From positions 20,001 through 268,000 of the forward strand of contig NZ_JMCB01000006.1 in NCBI RefSeq assembly GCF_000737315.1: a stretch of 248,000 nucleotides of DNA, written 5' to 3'. Below, piece after piece: positions 244,123 to 248,000 of the stretch. The notes beneath the pieces were generated by a model. That model saw only the letters and a list, made by a program, of their open reading frames with translations, had not been told where the DNA came from and searched no databases. The number at the start of each line of letters is the position of its first letter. The stretch's first letter is position 1. A program made the position numbers and the translations under genes. Origin of the DNA: Hyalangium minutum (GTDB lineage Bacteria > Myxococcota > Myxococcia > Myxococcales > Myxococcaceae).

Positions 244123-245862
244123 CTACTCTTGGCGGCGGCGGCGCGCAGCGCCCAGGACCAGCACCAGCGTCAAGGCGCCTACTCCTGCCCCGGGCGAAGC
244201 TCCGCACCCGCAGCCCACCTCGAACACCGAAGGTGACGTCACTCCGCCGGTTGAGGACGCTGTCACATCGAAGCGGTTGGGCGTGGACTGTAGGCTGTAG
244301 GACCCCAGTTCCTCCGCCGAGGCCCACAGTTCATGTGCACCTTCGGCGAGATCCGCGGGCACGTCGTACACAAAGGCCCCCGTGCTGTCCGCTGTCACCT
244401 GCGCATACTCCGTCCCCTCCAGGAACAGATGAACGGAGACTCCCGGTTGCGCAGTGCCTTCGATGCGAGGCTTCCGCGCCACGCCCGTGGCACCATTCGC
244501 GGGCTGGGTCAGCACGGGCGCCGAGGGCACTCGGAAAGGCTGTGAGTACGTGGTCTCGGAACCGTAGGCGGCACCGGAATCGATCGTGCTCGGGCCCGCC
244601 CCAAAGGGGCCACCGGCCGCCGTCGACTGGCCGGGATAGCCCGCGACCACCGAGACCTTGCACGCGATGAACTCGCCCTGCAGCAGGACGACGCCACCGC
244701 CACCGCCTCCGCCAGGCCCCGATTCATTCGTCACGTTGCGGGTGTCTCCGCCCGCTCCGCCCGAGGCCTGCACGAGACCACACGTCAGCGTCCGCTCGGC
244801 GCGCAGGGAGATGGCACCGCCCGCACCTCCACCTCCCGCACCGTCATCGCCCGCGGAGGCTACATAGTCCGCGGAGGCGCCCATGGCGCTGAACCGGCCT
244901 GTCCCCACCACATCTCTCGCACGGATGAGAACCACCCCACCGCCCGCCGCCCCTGGAGTGCCTACATCCACATGGCCGCTTCCGCCCCCGCCTCCGCCTC
245001 CAAAGACGAGGCGCTCGTAGGGCAGATAGACCAGGGGAGCACCTCCCAGCCCTCCCACGTCATCCGGCTGCGGCAGCCGTCCGAGAGAGTACCCTCCCTG
245101 GCCTCCCGCCCCCGAGTGGCCTCCGCCTCCTCCGCCCGAGCTGTGGCAGTTGCCCGCCCCGCCCGCGTTGGCCAGGTTCCCCCGTCCCCCCGCGATACCG
245201 AAGCGCCCAGCCACCAGCCCCTCTCCTTTATAGGAGCTGCCCACCCCCGGAGCCTCATCGAGCGCCGTGCAACCTTCGCCTGCCAGGTGGTTGATGAACG
245301 CGCCGCCACGGAAGCCCGCGCCATCGGCGCCGATGAGCCCTCCATTGGTCAGCGTGCCCGTGGCCATCAGCGCCAGGATGCCACCCGCGCTCCCATTCCA
245401 GGGCACTGCCTTCAGCGAGCCGTCCTCGACCACCAAAACATCCGTGTACTCGGGCACGTTCACCACTTGGGCCGCGCTGGCCGCATAGCTCCTCTGCAGC
245501 GGCGCGGTCAGCCGCAGCGAGGCCTCTGTCGCCGCCTCCACCCGTGCGTATTCGAACCGTCCCACCGGACTGGCTTCGAGCGGGATGGCCGCTGCATCTC
245601 CCGAGGCCGGTGCGGGCAGCAGGCCCGTGGACTGATGCACGAGCACCAGCTCGCCCGCCTTGAAGGCTCCCGCGTTGGAGATCGTCAGCTCCTTCGTTCC
245701 AGCCGCCGCGTTCGCGGTGAGCGCTCCCACGTGGTTGATGACCCTGTTCGGGCTCAACACCTGCAACACGCCATCCCGGCCGGTACCGAGCCCGAAGGTG
245801 TCCGGCTCGGCCAGCGCACCACCCGCAAGGAGCCATCCAGCCAAGAAAAGGGGGATTCGCAT
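244123..245862 (-). CDS. AgmC-like Gly-rich surface protein with Ig domain and MYXO-CTERM-like tail
   Basis: EPDTFGLGTG, Gly-rich body, GCGC..TM..RRRR C-terminus. Confidence 0.8.
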   Translation of the reverse strand: MRIPLFLAGWLLAGGALAEPDTFGLGTGRDGVLQVLSPNRVINHVGALTANAAAGTKELTISNAGAFKAGELVLVHQSTGLLPAPASGDAAAIPLEASPVGRFEYARVEAATEASLRLTAPLQRSYAASAAQVVNVPEYTDVLVVEDGSLKAVPWNGSAGGILALMATGTLTNGGLIGADGAGFRGGAFINHLAGEGCTALDEAPGVGSSYKGEGLVAGRFGIAGGRGNLANAGGAGNCHSSGGGGGGHSGAGGQGGYSLGRLPQPDDVGGLGGAPLVYLPYERLVFGGGGGGGSGHVDVGTPGAAGGGVVLIRARDVVGTGRFSAMGASADYVASAGDDGAGGGGAGGAISLRAERTLTCGLVQASGGAGGDTRNVTNESGPGGGGGGGVVLLQGEFIACKVSVVAGYPGQSTAAGGPFGAGPSTIDSGAAYGSETTYSQPFRVPSAPVLTQPANGATGVARKPRIEGTAQPGVSVHLFLEGTEYAQVTADSTGAFVYDVPADLAEGAHELWASAEELGSYSLQSTPNRFDVTASSTGGVTSPSVFEVGCGCGASPGAGVGALTLVLVLGAARRRRQE

Positions 245863-245906
245863 GAGGCGATGGTGCCTCAGCGCACCGAGACCGGTCGAGT
245901 CTCTGC

Positions 245907-246443
245907 TCAGCCGACGCGCCGCACGATGAACTCGCAGTAGGGGGCCCCGTCGTGCATACACTGCTTCTCCTTCACGTCCGCGCGTTGCCCCAGCGCAAGA
246001 GCCAGCCCTCGCACGAGGCCGATGCCCATCCCGCACATCTTCCGGGGCGAGGCGTACACGACACGCACTGTGGAGGCATCCACGCGGTGGCAATCCAATC
246101 GGGACGGCTGGGCGTGCGGATCCTTGCGTACCTTCTCGTGGATGCGCTCGACGTTCTCGACCACTTCGAGGATGCCCCACCCGGGCTGGATGACTCCCCG
246201 GTAGATCTTCATGAGCCCGGGGACGATGAACTCACCGAAGTCCTCGAGTAGGAACCTCACGGAGCGCCCCATCACCCGCGAGGCCGCGTGGACGAGCGCT
246301 CCCACCTCTTCATCCGGGTAGCTCTGGAAGGCCAAGTAGATCCGCGAGGGGAGCTTCGCCTCTTTGACGAGCGTCTCCCAGCCCTGCTCGCCCATGCGCT
246401 CCTGCGCATAGGTGCGGAGCTGGTTGAAGATGATGCCGTGCAT
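245907..246443 (-). CDS. Heme NO-binding (HNOB) domain protein
   Basis: MHGIIF, YPDEE, DFGEF, YASPRKMC. Confidence 0.85.
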   Translation of the reverse strand: MHGIIFNQLRTYAQERMGEQGWETLVKEAKLPSRIYLAFQSYPDEEVGALVHAASRVMGRSVRFLLEDFGEFIVPGLMKIYRGVIQPGWGILEVVENVERIHEKVRKDPHAQPSRLDCHRVDASTVRVVYASPRKMCGMGIGLVRGLALALGQRADVKEKQCMHDGAPYCEFIVRRVG

Positions 246444-246531
246444 ATGCCTGCCTTGTTCGACCCCGCAGGGTTCGAGGCGCGCCCTACCCGCTCACGCCTG
246501 CCCCATCTTCCCACGGGGCTCGGAGCAGCCG

Positions 246532-247032
246532 TCAGGCACTCTCTGTGAGGCTCTGGAGGGACCGCGCGTTCATAGGAGCGAAGAAGGGCTGGCGCAGCAG
246601 CCGGGACACCGAGCGCTTGTCCACGCACAGCAACTGGAGCGAGTCCGCCCACTCGCCGAGCACGGCGATGGCGCGCACGTCCGGCGCCTCGCGGTAGAGA
246701 TCATTCAGGTTGTGCACCAGCGCGCTCAGGTCCTCCACCTCCCAGCGCTCGGTGAGTTCGCCCACCAGCACGTGCAGTTCCAGCGTGCCGCGCTCGCGGA
246801 CATCCACGAGCTTGAAGCTCCGGGCCGCGCCGCCCATGGCCAGCGTGAGTGGACCGACGAGCTCATCCGGGCGGACGCCCAACGCCACCGAGAGGCCTCC
246901 GTGAAGCAGGCCCGCGTCACACAGGCGCAGGAGCGCCACGTGCGGAGGCTCGCCTGGGACGATGACCTCGGCGGCGGCCGAGCGGTCCTTCAAGAGGCGC
247001 TCTCGGGCGAGTGTGTCGATCTGGGAGGCCAT
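246532..247032 (-). CDS. Conserved hypothetical protein
   Basis: GEWADSLQL motif; start at MASQID. Confidence 0.6.
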   Translation of the reverse strand: MASQIDTLARERLLKDRSAAAEVIVPGEPPHVALLRLCDAGLLHGGLSVALGVRPDELVGPLTLAMGGAARSFKLVDVRERGTLELHVLVGELTERWEVEDLSALVHNLNDLYREAPDVRAIAVLGEWADSLQLLCVDKRSVSRLLRQPFFAPMNARSLQSLTESA

Positions 247033-247210
247033 GGCACGCACCCTACCGCTCTCGCGCTCACAAGGGGGGCGCGACGAGCGTAGGAGCCTCCAGCAGCCGA
247101 CACACCCTGGCGGCGCAGGGCTCCGTGCTGCTCCAGGAATCCACCTCGGGGGTTCATCTCGACAGTTCATCGAGTCGAGTCGAGAATCCCTCCCAAGGAG
247201 CACTGAGGAC

Positions 247211-248000
247211 ATGGTGAAGCGGAGAGATGGCCGTTCTCAATCTCGATTCAGCGATCGACATGAGGATCTGCTGACAGCCGCCGAAGCGGCGGAGCTGCTG
247301 GGGGTGAAGCGGGCAACGCTCTACACCTATGTGAGCCGTGGGCTCGTGCGCTGTGTCCCCGAAGCGGGCACCAAGGAGAACCGCTACGTCCGCATGGACC
247401 TGGAGCGGCTGAAGACCCGGCATGATGCACGGGCGGGCCATGCGGCAGTGGCCTCGGCAGCCCTGCGCTGGGGTGAGCCGGTGATCGACTCCTCCATCTC
247501 CCGCATCAGCCCGGAGGGGCTGGAGTACCGCAAGCACCTGGCGGTGGAGCTGGCGGTGCAGGGATGTTCCTTCGAGCAGGTGGCGGAGCTGCTGTGGACG
247601 GGTGAGCTGCCCTCCGCACCCGTCCGCTGGCCCGCGCTGGAGCTGCCCTTCCCCCCTTCTTCGATCTTGGGGCTGCTGCCACGGGACGCTCCACCCCTCA
247701 CGGCCTTGTCAGCCCTGGTGCCACTGCTGGGAGCTTCGGACGCGGCGCGCTTCGCCTCACCCCCCGAGCAGGAGCGGCTGCGAGCCCGGCGTCTCTTGCG
247801 CCATCTGGGAGCCTGGGTGGGCGGAGTCCGAGGCGCCTCGCGAGTCGCCCAGGCGTTGAAGGAAGACACTGTGGCGGCCTCTCTGGCACGCGCGTGGGGC
247901 GTGGAGGTGAAGAAGGCAGCGGGGCCGCTGGACCGGGCGCTGGTGCTGTGCGCGGACCACGAGCTGAACGTGTCGGCCTTCACGGCGCGCGTGGTGGCCT
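247211..248000 (+). CDS. HTH (excisionase-like) - citrate synthase family protein, truncated by window end
   Basis: AAELLGVKRATLYTYVSRG, L.YR, LCADHELNVSAF; frame not in ORF track. Confidence 0.88.
   Translation, partial: MVKRRDGRSQSRFSDRHEDLLTAAEAAELLGVKRATLYTYVSRGLVRCVPEAGTKENRYVRMDLERLKTRHDARAGHAAVASAALRWGEPVIDSSISRISPEGLEYRKHLAVELAVQGCSFEQVAELLWTGELPSAPVRWPALELPFPPSSILGLLPRDAPPLTALSALVPLLGASDAARFASPPEQERLRARRLLRHLGAWVGGVRGASRVAQALKEDTVAASLARAWGVEVKKAAGPLDRALVLCADHELNVSAFTARVVA

Overview
248 kb of a very GC-rich myxobacterial chromosome (Cystobacterineae-like gene content: eps locus, SitA6/SitI6, many Ser/Thr kinases and hybrid histidine kinases). It is densely coding, about 175 supportable CDS. 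I found no rRNA, tRNA, CRISPR array, IS/transposase or prophage. Main blocks: a giant secreted CARDB/FG-GAP/Ig protein paired with a transglutaminase-RHS toxin (6-21 kb); a yfaP/T/A/S/Q-like alpha-2-macroglobulin operon (21-31 kb); a topoisomerase III-RecQ fusion (60-64 kb); a compact Wzx/Wzy-dependent EPS locus (93.7-111.5 kb); SitA6/SitI6 between two duplicated regulators (134-140 kb); a terpene synthase/signalling block (165-176 kb); an operon that reads like a fungal-type inositol-phosphoceramide pathway (186.7-192.6 kb) plus a DEGS1-like desaturase (221 kb); a frameshifted lipoprotein nuclease toxin with intact partner (228-231 kb); and an NLR-like pair of a P-loop ATPase plus a TPR protein with fifteen near-identical 144-bp repeats varying at one site (239-244 kb). 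Two structured intergenic regions are sRNA candidates. All calls come from motif recognition and synteny by eye; no searches were run, and many start codons are my estimates.
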